This document shows positions 53,582 through 62,867 of a DNA stretch of 64,000 bases, piece by piece. This DNA comes from an uncultured Verrucomicrobiae bacterium (lineage in GTDB: Bacteria > Verrucomicrobiota > Verrucomicrobiia > Chthoniobacterales > JAATET01): the NCBI GenBank assembly GCA_963719495.1, contig CAVRCI010000011.1:1-64000 (forward strand). Direction: 5' to 3'. The notes beneath the pieces were generated by a model, which was not told the DNA's origin, searched no databases, and saw only the letters and a list, made by a program, of their open reading frames with translations. Within the stretch, counting starts at the first letter, position 1; every line of letters begins with the position of its first letter. A program made the translations under genes and the position numbers.

Positions 53582-54398
53582 CCGCCTCCGGGCCGGCATC
53601 CTCGCCGCGCTGGCGGCCCTCGCGTTCGTCGCGGCCCCCGTGACGGTGCTCGCGCAGGACGCACAAAACGACCCCGCGGCGCCCGTCGCCGAAGCGGCGG
53701 TGAAGGACAAAACCCTGCTGGACATGTTCAACCAAGGCGGCTGGCTGATGTATCCGCTGCTCCTCTGTTCGATCGGCACGGCGGCGGTCGCGGTTTACTG
53801 CTTCATCCAGATCAACGGTAAAAAAATGATGCCACCGACGCAGGTCGAAGCCGTCGGGAAAAACATGGAGCAACGCGACGCGGCGAGTGCGTATTCGCTG
53901 TGCCACGGGAACCCGAACGCGTTCTCCAACACGATGTCGTCGGCGCTGCTCAAGGTAAATTTCGAGCGCGATCTGGCGAACAAAGCGTCGATGGAGCAAT
54001 CGGCCGCCGAGTCGCTGGCGAACGAGGAGACCAAGCTCATGCTCTGGGTGAACTACCTCAACGTCTTTGCGACCATCGGGCCGATGCTTGGGTTGCTGGG
54101 GACGGTGACGGGCATGATCCAGAGCTTCGACGCGCTGGCGGCGGGGAAGTCGGAGCCGGCCGATCTCGCGGGCGGTATCGGTGAGGCGATGTTGACGACG
54201 GCGGCCGGGTTGCTGGTCGGCATCCCGGCGATGTTCTTTTTCTTCTACTTCCGGAATTCGCTCACGATCATCGTGACGAACATCCAGCGGCGCGTGACGT
54301 TCATGATCGATCTGCTATCGGGTGAGCTGAAGCTCGAAGGCGCGGCGACGGATTACGAAGCGGTGCCGACGGGCGAGGGGGCACCGGAGGAAGTGTGA
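53550..54398 (+). CDS. exbB: MotA/TolQ/ExbB proton channel family protein
   Basis: GGWLMYPL, GPMLGLLGTVTGMI, GIGEAMLTTAAGL. Confidence 0.92.
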   Translation: MMSPKPKKKASRLRAGILAALAALAFVAAPVTVLAQDAQNDPAAPVAEAAVKDKTLLDMFNQGGWLMYPLLLCSIGTAAVAVYCFIQINGKKMMPPTQVEAVGKNMEQRDAASAYSLCHGNPNAFSNTMSSALLKVNFERDLANKASMEQSAAESLANEETKLMLWVNYLNVFATIGPMLGLLGTVTGMIQSFDALAAGKSEPADLAGGIGEAMLTTAAGLLVGIPAMFFFFYFRNSLTIIVTNIQRRVTFMIDLLSGELKLEGAATDYEAVPTGEGAPEEV

Positions 54399-54504
54399 TG
54401 AGCGAATGGTCGGGCCGGTGGTGAGATGAGAAGCCAGAGATGCTTCGCTTCGCTCAGCATGACAGGTGGGGGATTTTGGCAACGCCGAGAGAATTGAAAA
54501 CACG

Positions 54505-54918
54505 ATGAGATTGATCAAAAAAGCGGAGGAGGACGTTGGGTTTCAGTTGGCCCCAATGATTGATATGACCTTCCTTCTGCTCGTTTTCTTCATGGTCACC
54601 ACGAAGATTTCGAAGGAGCAGATCAAGGTGGAGATCAAGCTGCCGACGGCCAGCAACGGCGTGATCCCATCGGACCTCAGTAACCGCGACATCATCAGCA
54701 TCGACGGTCAGGGGAACTATTTTGTCGGCCAGAGTCCGGCGACGAAGGAAGAGTTGAAGGCGTATCTCACGAAGCGCTACGAGGCCAAGACCCCCGTCCC
54801 GCTGCGGCTCTACGTGCGCGCCGACAAGAAAACGCCCGGCAAGCAGGTGAAGGAACTCATGAAACTCGCCTCGGACGCCGGGGCGGTGAACGTGATCTTC
54901 GGGAGTTACCAACGATGA
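54505..54918 (+). CDS. exbD: ExbD/TolR family protein 1
   Basis: LAPMIDMTFLLLVFFMV (conserved Asp), RADK. Confidence 0.92.
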   Translation: MRLIKKAEEDVGFQLAPMIDMTFLLLVFFMVTTKISKEQIKVEIKLPTASNGVIPSDLSNRDIISIDGQGNYFVGQSPATKEELKAYLTKRYEAKTPVPLRLYVRADKKTPGKQVKELMKLASDAGAVNVIFGSYQR

Positions 54919-54962
54919 GCGCCGTGCATTGCGCCGCGGGGTGGGTCCCGGCCTTCGTTCCC

Positions 54963-55670
54963 TGTCATCTTGAACGAAGTGAAAGATCTCTGGCTTACAC
55001 TCGGGGTGCCGTCGGGTGGATGAGAAGCCAGAGATGCTTCGCTTCGCGCAGCATGACAGGTTTTTGGATGGGGGGCTGGCGCCCCGGGGCGCTTCGCGAT
55101 TCATGGGAGTTACCAGAGATCGAGGGTGTAAAGCGCGACGCGTCGCGGCTCGGGGCCCTCGTCCCCTGTCATCGTGAACGAAGTGAAAGATCTCTGGCGG
55201 ACACTCGGGACGGCGCCGTGCGGGTGAGAAGCCAGAGATGCTTCGCTTCGCTCAGCATGACAGGTTTTTGGATGGGAGGCTGGCGCCCCGGGGCGCTTCG
55301 CGATTCATGGGAGTTGCCAGCGATCGAGGGTGTAAAGCGCGTCGCGGCGGAGCTCGGAGCCCTCGGTTCCTGTCATCTTGAACGAAGTGAAAGATCTCTG
55401 GCTTACACTCGGGACAGCGTCGTGCGGGTGAGAAGCCAGAGATGCTTCGCTTCGCTCAGCATGACAGGTTTTTGGATGGGGGGCTGGCGCCCCGGGGCGC
55501 TTCGCGATTCATGGGAGTTGCCAGCGATCGAGGGTGTGAAGCGCGTCGCGGCGGAGCTCGGGGCCCTCGTTCCCTGTCATCTTGAACGAAGTGAAAGATC
55601 TCTGGCTTACACTCGGGGTGCCGTCGGGTGGATGAGAAGCCAGAGATGCTTCGCTTTGCTGCCAATGACA
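54963..55670. repeat. Tandem array of four 96-bp palindromes with a 204-bp period
   Basis: Hairpins TGTCAT..ATGACA at 54963-55058, 55167-55262, 55371-55466 and 55575-55670. An orphan right arm lies at 54425-54464. Confidence 0.92.
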
Positions 55671-55828
55671 TCGTCTTCTGTGGCTCGGAATCCAACGAGA
55701 AAGCCACGGCTCGGCAGGAGCCTCGCCCTCCGAATGCCAGTTTTTGGATGGCGGGCTGGTGCCCCTGCCAACTGGGCCGCGTCTTAACTCCCAACTTAAT
55801 TCTTAATTCTTAGAAACTTAAAACGCCG

Positions 55829-56281
55829 ATGCAGCTTCGCCGCCGAGACCTCCAGACCGTGGAGATGCAGATGGGCCCCATGATCGACATGGTGTTCCTC
55901 CTCCTCGTGTTCTTCATGGTCACGGCGAAACCGATCAAGCAGGAGAGCGACATCAACATCGGGCTGCCCGGGACGGTGGCGCAGGAGGAAAGCGTCGACA
56001 TCCCGGACGAGGCGCGGATCACCATTCAGGAGACGGGGCAGGTCGTTCTCAACGACCAGCCGCTGGACACACCGACGAGCACGCAGATGCCGGAGCTGCT
56101 CACGACGCTGCTACGGTTCAAGGAATCGGCGGACGCGAACAAGAGCGAGGCGCTGGTGACGATCGCGCCGGACGACGCCTCGGATCATCAGCGGATCGTC
56201 GACGTTCTCAATACTTGCGCGAAGGCGGAGATCACGGGCGTCACGTTCGCGGACGACACCGACAGCGGGGAGGAATTTTAA
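55829..56281 (+). CDS. exbD: ExbD/TolR family protein 2
   Basis: MGPMIDMVFLLLVFFMV (conserved Asp), IVDVLN. Confidence 0.92.
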   Translation: MQLRRRDLQTVEMQMGPMIDMVFLLLVFFMVTAKPIKQESDINIGLPGTVAQEESVDIPDEARITIQETGQVVLNDQPLDTPTSTQMPELLTTLLRFKESADANKSEALVTIAPDDASDHQRIVDVLNTCAKAEITGVTFADDTDSGEEF

Positions 56282-56282
56282 G

Positions 56283-57332
56283 ATGCCGGTCGATCTCCTG
56301 CTCGAAGACGCGAATCAGAAAAAGCGGGTCAAGAAGCTCGTGATCTCGATCGTGATTGGGGTCGTGCTGCTGCACATCGTCGCCGGGATCGTGGCGGGTG
56401 TGCTGGTCGTGGCGCGGTATTTGTTGCCGCCGCCGGCGACGTTCGAGGTGCAGCGCGACATCAAGCTGCCTGCCAAGGAGCGGGAGCATCGGATGAACAT
56501 GGATTCGTTCGACGCGATGACGCCGAAGCCGAGCTTCAACGACAAGATGCAGAGTCTGCAGCCGGCCAAGTTCTCGCTGCCGGATCTGCCGAAGATTCCG
56601 ATGGACCAGATGCTGCCGTTGGATCCGAGCAGCATCGTGTCGGATCAGGTCTCGAGCATCGTTGGGACGGCGGGGCTGGGCGGTGGTGGCGAGGGTTCGG
56701 GTGGACTCGGGGGCACGGGGTCGGGCGTGAGTTTCATGGGGATCCAGACGACGGCGAAGCGGATCCTGTTGCTCTACGACATCTCGACTACCGTGACGAA
56801 TTCCGTGCAGGAGGCCGGCATGTCGATGGAGGACATTCGGGAGGAGACCAAGAAGGTGCTCGATGGGCTGGGGATCAGCACGCGGTTCGGACTGGCGCAG
56901 TTCGCGCGGAACTACGCGTTTTTCCAACCGGAACTCGTCCCGGCGACGGACGACAACCGGGCGGCGGCGAAGGGCTGGCTCGACCAGTGGTTCACGACGA
57001 GCGGCTCGATGTCGCGGGGGACGCCGAATACGCGGACGGGGAGCCCGGGGTTCATCGAATTGATGAAGGCGGCCTTCGCGATGCAGCCGGACGTGATCTT
57101 CGTAATCTCGGACGGGGGTTTTTACGCCGGAAGCTCGGGTGGTGAGAACGGCTTCGGGGGGAAAATCGACTACGACGACATTGGCAAGGCGCTCGACGAG
57201 CTACAGAAAGCTTCACCCGAGCCGGTGCAGATCAACTTCATCGGTGTCGGGATGGATGGCGCCGACAAGTCGGGGATGCAGCGGTTGCGGGGACGGTATT
57301 TCGGCGGCGGGCGTTTCCGGGAGTTGCGCTAG
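56283..57332 (+). CDS. Membrane-anchored vWA-domain protein
   Basis: N-terminal TM helix, Pro-rich then Gly-rich linker, MIDAS-like DISTT and ISDG. Confidence 0.7.
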   Translation: MPVDLLLEDANQKKRVKKLVISIVIGVVLLHIVAGIVAGVLVVARYLLPPPATFEVQRDIKLPAKEREHRMNMDSFDAMTPKPSFNDKMQSLQPAKFSLPDLPKIPMDQMLPLDPSSIVSDQVSSIVGTAGLGGGGEGSGGLGGTGSGVSFMGIQTTAKRILLLYDISTTVTNSVQEAGMSMEDIREETKKVLDGLGISTRFGLAQFARNYAFFQPELVPATDDNRAAAKGWLDQWFTTSGSMSRGTPNTRTGSPGFIELMKAAFAMQPDVIFVISDGGFYAGSSGGENGFGGKIDYDDIGKALDELQKASPEPVQINFIGVGMDGADKSGMQRLRGRYFGGGRFRELR

Positions 57333-57358
57333 GTCTGAGAATTGCTTGTTATCGAACG

Positions 57359-57853
57359 ATGAGTGACGAGAACCCACCGACGCCGCCCGCCTTTCCGCCC
57401 ACACCGCCTTCGTCGCCGGAGCCGGGTGACCCGTCGCCCAAAAAGGGTCGGGTGATGGAGTTCTTCACGTCGCCGGTGATTCCTTATCCGGTCTCAACGC
57501 CGGCGGAAAAGTCGTGGGCGACGGGGTTGCACGCGAGTGGGTTCGCGGGATTCGTTTTCGTGATTCCGCTGGCGAACATCATCGCGCCGCTGGCGATCTG
57601 GCTGATCAAGCGACCCGAGAGCGCCTACTTGGACGCCGTGGGCAAGGAGGTGGTGAACTTTCAGATCAGCGCGCTGATCTACGCTTTCGTAACGGCGCTC
57701 ATTGCGACGCCGTTGACCTGCCTCTTTTTCATTCCGTGGTTGGTGCCGCTCGCCGTCTTCGTTGGATGGATTGTCTTCATGATCCAGGCGGTGATGAAGA
57801 CGACGGAGGGTGGGGATTTCCGGTATCCGGCGACGATTCGGTTCGTGAAGTAG
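57359..57853 (+). CDS. DUF4870 family membrane protein
   Basis: WATGLH, APLAIWLIK, GKEVVNFQIS, FRYPATIRF. Confidence 0.85.
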   Translation: MSDENPPTPPAFPPTPPSSPEPGDPSPKKGRVMEFFTSPVIPYPVSTPAEKSWATGLHASGFAGFVFVIPLANIIAPLAIWLIKRPESAYLDAVGKEVVNFQISALIYAFVTALIATPLTCLFFIPWLVPLAVFVGWIVFMIQAVMKTTEGGDFRYPATIRFVK

Positions 57854-57994
57854 CGAGCGCTTCGCGGTTCGGCTCGCTGGCGCATTGCCGAGGCTGATCC
57901 GGCGGGACGCCGGATCTCGCACGCCGGGAGGCGTGCGCTCCCCAACTCTCTCTGCTTGCGTGGCCGGATTTTGGAGCTATCTTCTTCTCCTATT

Positions 57995-58353
57995 GGGGGC
58001 GCATTGGTTTCGACTGATTGTTGGAAGCTTGGTCCGCATGCCGAGGATGATTCGTTGGCCTCGTAAAAAATCGAATCGAAATAAAATAAACGCAGATTAC
58101 GAAAATCTCGCTCTCGCGGCCTAAAGCGCCGTGACGTGTTCGACCCGACGCCTACTAGGGTTGGATACGTTGGCAGTAGGCTGGCTGGAAAGGGGTGTGA
58201 CCGCTCTTTTTGGTAAGATCGATTTCGTGGATACTGGAACTCGCGTGGTGTGTTGGCCCACAGCGCGGGTTTGAGATTGAGGACCAACTAAGCATGTAGA
58301 CGATCTCGCGGAAGGCGATGAGGACAGGGGTTCGAGTCCCCTCGCCTCCACCA
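57995..58353 (+). ncRNA. ssrA: tmRNA
   Basis: 5' GGGGGCG..TTCGAC and 3' GGTTCGAGTCCC..CGCCTCCACCA with a G3:U pair. Tag frame 58092-58124 encodes ADYENLALAA-stop. Confidence 0.96.
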
Positions 58354-58400
58354 ATTTTGACTCGCCGCCGGGGTGGGGGCGAGTGGTAGCGTCACGCGGC

Positions 58401-60059
58401 ATGGACGACGTATCAGATGCCGGAACGCCGGAGGCTGTAGGGGGAACCAGGGCGGTTCTCGGGGGGCAATCGGGTCGGGATTTTGCGGAGGAGGCTCTGC
58501 GCTGGATTCCGAAGATTCTGACCTTGCAGGACCGCAACCGGCACAGCCCGACCTACGGGTGCTTCGACCGGAATTACTGGCAATACAAGATCATCGATTT
58601 CCCGAGTGGGATGTCGCAGGAATTCGTGCTGCCACTCGCCTTGGCTTGGGACACGGAGATCGCGGGGAACGCGTTTTACCGGGAGGAGGCCGTGCGGGAG
58701 TGGGCGGAGGCCGGGATGGTCTTCGCGGCGCGGAGCGCGCACGCGGACGGGTCGTGCGACGATTATTTCCCGTTCGAGAAGGCGGGTGGGGCGGCGGCGT
58801 TTTCGTTGCTCGCGTGCGTTGAGGCCTACGCGCTGCTGGGCCTGGAGAACGCGGAGCTGCTGATTTTTTTCGAGCTTCGGGCCGATTGGATGGCGCATCA
58901 TCACGAGAGCGGGCAGCTGACGAATCACCAGGCGCTCATTGTGTTGTGCCTGGACCGGGTGGGGAAATTGGTAGGAACGACGAAGTGGGAGGCGGCGGCG
59001 GCGGATCGGCTCGGGCGGGTGCTTTCGTGGCAGAACGAGGAGGGTTGGTTTCAGGAATACGAGGGCTGCGATCCGGGCTATCACACGTTGACGATCTCGC
59101 TGCTGGCGCAAATCTACGAGGCGGCCCCGAGTTCGGAATTGCGCGAGGCGCTCGAGCGGGCGGTGCGGTTGGCGGCCGAGTTCGTGCATCCGGACGGGTC
59201 GTTCGCGGGGGAATACGGGAGCCGGAACACGTATAATTTTTTCCCGCACGGGTTCGAGGTCTTCGGGCGGCACTTTCCGGAGGCGCTGAACGTGAACGAT
59301 CGGTTTCTGGCCGGACTACGGGCGGGGCGGGCACCGTGCTACGCGGACGATCACATCGTGGGGCACCACACCTGGAATTACCTGCTGGCGGCCCGGGATT
59401 TCGTGACGGAGCGGCCGACGGTCGCGGATCGTCCGATGGGGCGGGTTCACCTGAAGAACGCCGGGATTCTGATCGACCGGCGGGCGGGGGCGGAGCTTTA
59501 CGTGGCTCTGAACAAGGGGGGTGTCTTCAAGTTTTTCCGGGACGGGAAGCTGGTTGCTTCGGACACGCAGGTTTCGTTGCTGGTGCGGGACGGAAAGCGG
59601 ATTCGGAACGCGGTGGCGCACCTGGTCTCGGAGTATCCGGCGGAGGTCGCGGACGACCAGATTCGGGTGAGCGGCGAGATGGGGTGGGCGAAATCGAAGG
59701 ACATGACGCCTCCGCGATTGATGGCGCTGCGGGTGATCATGCTGGGTGGTGGGCGGTTTTTTCCGGATCTGGTGCGCAAACTTCTGCAGCGGGTCTTGAT
59801 TACGGGAAAGAAGGCGGCTCCGTTTCGGTTCGAACGGGTTTTCGAGTGGGAAGGGCACGGTCTGCGGGTGGCGGACCGGATCGTCGGCGCGGATTGGTCG
59901 GCGGTGGAGCGGGCTGGGATCGGATGCGATCAGACTTCGATTTACGTGGTGATGAGCCGGACGTTTCAGGCCGGGCAGATGCTGCCGTGGACGGATCTCG
60001 CGACGGAGCTTGCCGTGGCGAAACGGAGTGGCGCGCTGACGCATGAGCGAACGATTTAG
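58401..60059 (+). CDS. Hypothetical protein, alpha/alpha-toroid (heparinase/prenyltransferase-like) with beta C-terminus
   Basis: Repeated Q/HxxDG-type turns (HADGS, QNEEGWF, HPDGSF); coding-like codon usage. Confidence 0.6.
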   Translation: MDDVSDAGTPEAVGGTRAVLGGQSGRDFAEEALRWIPKILTLQDRNRHSPTYGCFDRNYWQYKIIDFPSGMSQEFVLPLALAWDTEIAGNAFYREEAVREWAEAGMVFAARSAHADGSCDDYFPFEKAGGAAAFSLLACVEAYALLGLENAELLIFFELRADWMAHHHESGQLTNHQALIVLCLDRVGKLVGTTKWEAAAADRLGRVLSWQNEEGWFQEYEGCDPGYHTLTISLLAQIYEAAPSSELREALERAVRLAAEFVHPDGSFAGEYGSRNTYNFFPHGFEVFGRHFPEALNVNDRFLAGLRAGRAPCYADDHIVGHHTWNYLLAARDFVTERPTVADRPMGRVHLKNAGILIDRRAGAELYVALNKGGVFKFFRDGKLVASDTQVSLLVRDGKRIRNAVAHLVSEYPAEVADDQIRVSGEMGWAKSKDMTPPRLMALRVIMLGGGRFFPDLVRKLLQRVLITGKKAAPFRFERVFEWEGHGLRVADRIVGADWSAVERAGIGCDQTSIYVVMSRTFQAGQMLPWTDLATELAVAKRSGALTHERTI

Positions 60060-61608
60060 GGCGTTTCGGGCGCGGCATCCGGCGGTCGTGGAGGCGGCTT
60101 TGTGGGCGGTGCCGGCGATGGCGTTTGGTCTCGGCTTGCGGGTCCTGCTTTCCGTCCTGCAGCCGTATGCCTACTGGGGATCGGATTCGGATTCTTATTT
60201 CAGTTTCACTTACCGGCTGTTGGTCGACGGGGTCGGGTCGATTCCCGAGAAGCGGCGTTACGTTTACCCGCTGCTGTTGCTGCCGACCGGGGTTCTGCCG
60301 GGTGGGGCTTTGTGGTGGGTGGCGGTGGGGCAGCATTTGCTGGGGTTATTGACGATCTTGCCGTTTGCCTACGTGGTGCGGAAGGTGTTCGGGCGGTGGC
60401 GGTGGTGGGTCGTGCCGGTGACGCTGGTCTACGCGGGGACGCCGATGCTGGTGTGGTATGAGCACGAGCTGCTGGGGGAGGCGTTCTTTTTCGCGATGCT
60501 GGTTTGGGCTTTTGCCGGGTGGGCGGCCTGGGTGGGGCGGATCGAGCTGGGGGGGGCGGGCGGGCGCGGGGTGGTGGCTTGGTGGTTGTTTTTTGCGGCG
60601 TTGGCGTTGGCGGTGATGACGAAGCCGAGCGGGCGGTTTTTCTGGCCGGGGTTGGTGATTGGGTTGATTTACCTGCGGGCTTGGCGGTGGGTGCGGTGGC
60701 CGCAGTGGGTGGGGTTGGCGGCGCTGCTGGTGGTGTCGTGGACGATGGGCGAGGGAACGCAGGCGGCGCGGTTACTCTACACTTCGGCGTTTCCGCTCAC
60801 CCAGCTGGAGACGGCTTCGCACGCGGATCTCAAGGCCGAGGTCGCTCCGCTGGTGCGGGCGGCCCGGGAGCGGCTGAACATTTATTACGGCGAAGACGAC
60901 GCGGCGAAGCAGTTCCTGAGGGAGGATTATCGGACGAAGGCGTATCCGGCCTGGCGGGCGCTGCGGAAGGCGGGCGGGGACCGGGATTACGCGGCGATGC
61001 GGGATCTGGCGCTGGAGGGGATCTTCGCCGAGCCGCACCTGTTCGTTTACATCGCGTTGCAGCGGACGGTGGCGGCTCTGAATTGGTCGGTTTTCAAGGA
61101 GGAGCGGTTCGAGCCGGAGTATTTTCCGCGGAAGTTCGAGGGACGCTTCGAGGATTTGCTCGAGGAGCCGGCGAAGCTGCGGATGTTGTTTGGGCTGTCG
61201 GCTTCGGAGCCGCTGCCGACGTGGCCGGAGATGGAGGCGCGGCTGCGTTCGGGCGAGAACGCGACGCTGCAGGGTTGGCAGCGGGGAGTGGTGACCGCTT
61301 TCGTGGACGCGGGCACCTTCGTGCGGTCGCCGGAGGATGACGACGGGGGGCGGAGAAACTTGTCGGAAATGACACCGACGTGGCTGGGTTGGTGGTTGCT
61401 GATTGGGTCGGTGACGTCGCTGGTGGTGGCTCGGTATCGTGGGGTCGTGGGGGTGTGGCTGCTGATTGGTGGGGGCTACGCGGTGGCGGTGCACTTGGTG
61501 GGCAGTAGTAATCCGCGGTTCTTCGCGGCGGCCTGGCCGATGCTCTTTGTGGCGATGGTGGTGCCGTTGGATTGGCTCGCGGAGCGGTTTGCCGGGCGGT
61601 TGCGGTGA
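60043..61608 (+). CDS. Polytopic membrane protein (GT-C glycosyltransferase-like)
   Basis: DSDSY loop after TM1, ELLGE, KPSG, and C-terminal PRF; about 10 TM segments. Confidence 0.55.
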   Translation: MSERFRAFRARHPAVVEAALWAVPAMAFGLGLRVLLSVLQPYAYWGSDSDSYFSFTYRLLVDGVGSIPEKRRYVYPLLLLPTGVLPGGALWWVAVGQHLLGLLTILPFAYVVRKVFGRWRWWVVPVTLVYAGTPMLVWYEHELLGEAFFFAMLVWAFAGWAAWVGRIELGGAGGRGVVAWWLFFAALALAVMTKPSGRFFWPGLVIGLIYLRAWRWVRWPQWVGLAALLVVSWTMGEGTQAARLLYTSAFPLTQLETASHADLKAEVAPLVRAARERLNIYYGEDDAAKQFLREDYRTKAYPAWRALRKAGGDRDYAAMRDLALEGIFAEPHLFVYIALQRTVAALNWSVFKEERFEPEYFPRKFEGRFEDLLEEPAKLRMLFGLSASEPLPTWPEMEARLRSGENATLQGWQRGVVTAFVDAGTFVRSPEDDDGGRRNLSEMTPTWLGWWLLIGSVTSLVVARYRGVVGVWLLIGGGYAVAVHLVGSSNPRFFAAAWPMLFVAMVVPLDWLAERFAGRLR

Positions 61609-61621
61609 GGATGAAAATTTT

Positions 61622-62593
61622 ATGAAACGAGTGATTTCGATCGTGGTGAGTCTGGGGATTTTGGCCGCGCTGTATTCGCGGATCGATTTCTCGAAGGTGG
61701 TGCCGATTTTCACGAATGCTTCGGTGTTCTGGATGACGGTGAGTCTGGGGATGGTGATCCCGCTGACGATGCTGACGGCGGGGCGGCTGTGTCAGCTGAT
61801 GCCGCGGGAGCATCCGTTGCACTTTCTGGAGTCGATGCGGTTGATTCTGCTGGCGAGCGTTCTCAATCTGGTGCTGCCGTCGAAGATGGGGGACATGGCG
61901 AAGGCGGTGTTCATGGCCGATCGGGGGCACGTGAAGGGATCGTTGGCGTTTGCGCTGGTGGTGTTCGAGAAGGCGTGCGACCTGCTTTCGCTGCTCGTTT
62001 GGTGCGTGGTGGGGCTGCTGATGTATCCGCGGAAGGATGCGTTCTTCTGGGTGATGACGGCGGTGATCGTGGCGGGGTTTTGCGGGCTGGCTCTGTTGCT
62101 TGGGTCGACGGTTTTCGCGCGGTTTTTCTTCCGGTTGGCGGAGCGGTATGCGCCGGGGAAGATCGGGGCGAAATTCGCGACGCTGCACGAGTCGTGGGTG
62201 GAGATGCACGCGTATTTCTGGCGGGACAAGTGGGAGCTGACGAAGATCGCGGTGAATTCGCTGTTCATCTGGTTCCTGCACCTGGTGCAGATCTGGATGT
62301 TCACGTTGGCGTTGCGCGAGTCGGTGCCGTTTTTGTCGAATCTGGCGCTTTCGCCGCTGGCAATCCTGGCCGGGCTGCTGCCGCTGACGTTTGCGGGGGT
62401 GGGGACGCGGGATGCGGCGCTGGTGTTTCTGTACGCGCCTTACATATCGGCTCCCGCCGGGGCGGCGCTGGGGGTGATGTGCACTCTACGCTACGTGCTG
62501 CCGGCGATTCTGGGGTTGCCGTTCATCGGGAAAGCGGTGTCGGAGCTTGGCGGCTTGCAGCGGTTGCGGGGGGCGAAGGGGCGGGTTGCGTGA
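61622..62593 (+). CDS. Lysylphosphatidylglycerol-synthase TM/flippase-like (UPF0104) protein
   Basis: NLVLPSKMGDMAK, EKACD, PLTFAGVGTRD. Confidence 0.85.
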   Translation: MKRVISIVVSLGILAALYSRIDFSKVVPIFTNASVFWMTVSLGMVIPLTMLTAGRLCQLMPREHPLHFLESMRLILLASVLNLVLPSKMGDMAKAVFMADRGHVKGSLAFALVVFEKACDLLSLLVWCVVGLLMYPRKDAFFWVMTAVIVAGFCGLALLLGSTVFARFFFRLAERYAPGKIGAKFATLHESWVEMHAYFWRDKWELTKIAVNSLFIWFLHLVQIWMFTLALRESVPFLSNLALSPLAILAGLLPLTFAGVGTRDAALVFLYAPYISAPAGAALGVMCTLRYVLPAILGLPFIGKAVSELGGLQRLRGAKGRVA

Positions 62594-62624
62594 CTTGTGA
62601 CTTGTGAATGGTGACTTGTGAATT
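62590..62624. repeat. Heptamer tandem repeat GTGA(C/A)T(T/G) x5
   Basis: Seen directly; a related tract lies at 39986-40016. Confidence 0.75.
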
Positions 62625-62819
62625 GTTGCGAGAGGCTGGCGACGGGCGGGATTCTCTCACTGCTCGACTCCTCGACGCTCCTTGAGGTGTCTTCGGCTCT
62701 CTCGCTTTGCTCGATTTGCCGGGGGATGCGGCGGGACGCCGCATCTCGCACGCGGGGACGCGTGCGCTCCCCTTTTCGGCACCTGGAAGGTGCCGCTCCT
62801 TGAATTAATTTTGGAAACG

Positions 62820-62850
62820 AAAAAGGGCACCCGGTTTTGGGGCGCCCTTC
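62820..62850 (-). terminator. Intrinsic terminator after skp
   Basis: Minus strand reads AAGGGCGCCC-loop-GGGTGCCCTTTTT. Confidence 0.7.
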
Positions 62851-62867
62851 TTTGGTGATTTTTTTGA

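Noticed and set aside
54963..55670. CRISPR array
   Set aside because: Units are 204 bp with near-identical linkers, the loops are not unique, and there are no cas genes.
46678..58353. Genomic island integrated at tRNA-Val or tmRNA
   Set aside because: No integrase and no duplicated 3'-end att sequence were found; the flanking genes look like core genes.
57885..58537. ORFs overlapping 57995-58353
   Set aside because: Explained by tmRNA; only the tag peptide frame is meaningful.
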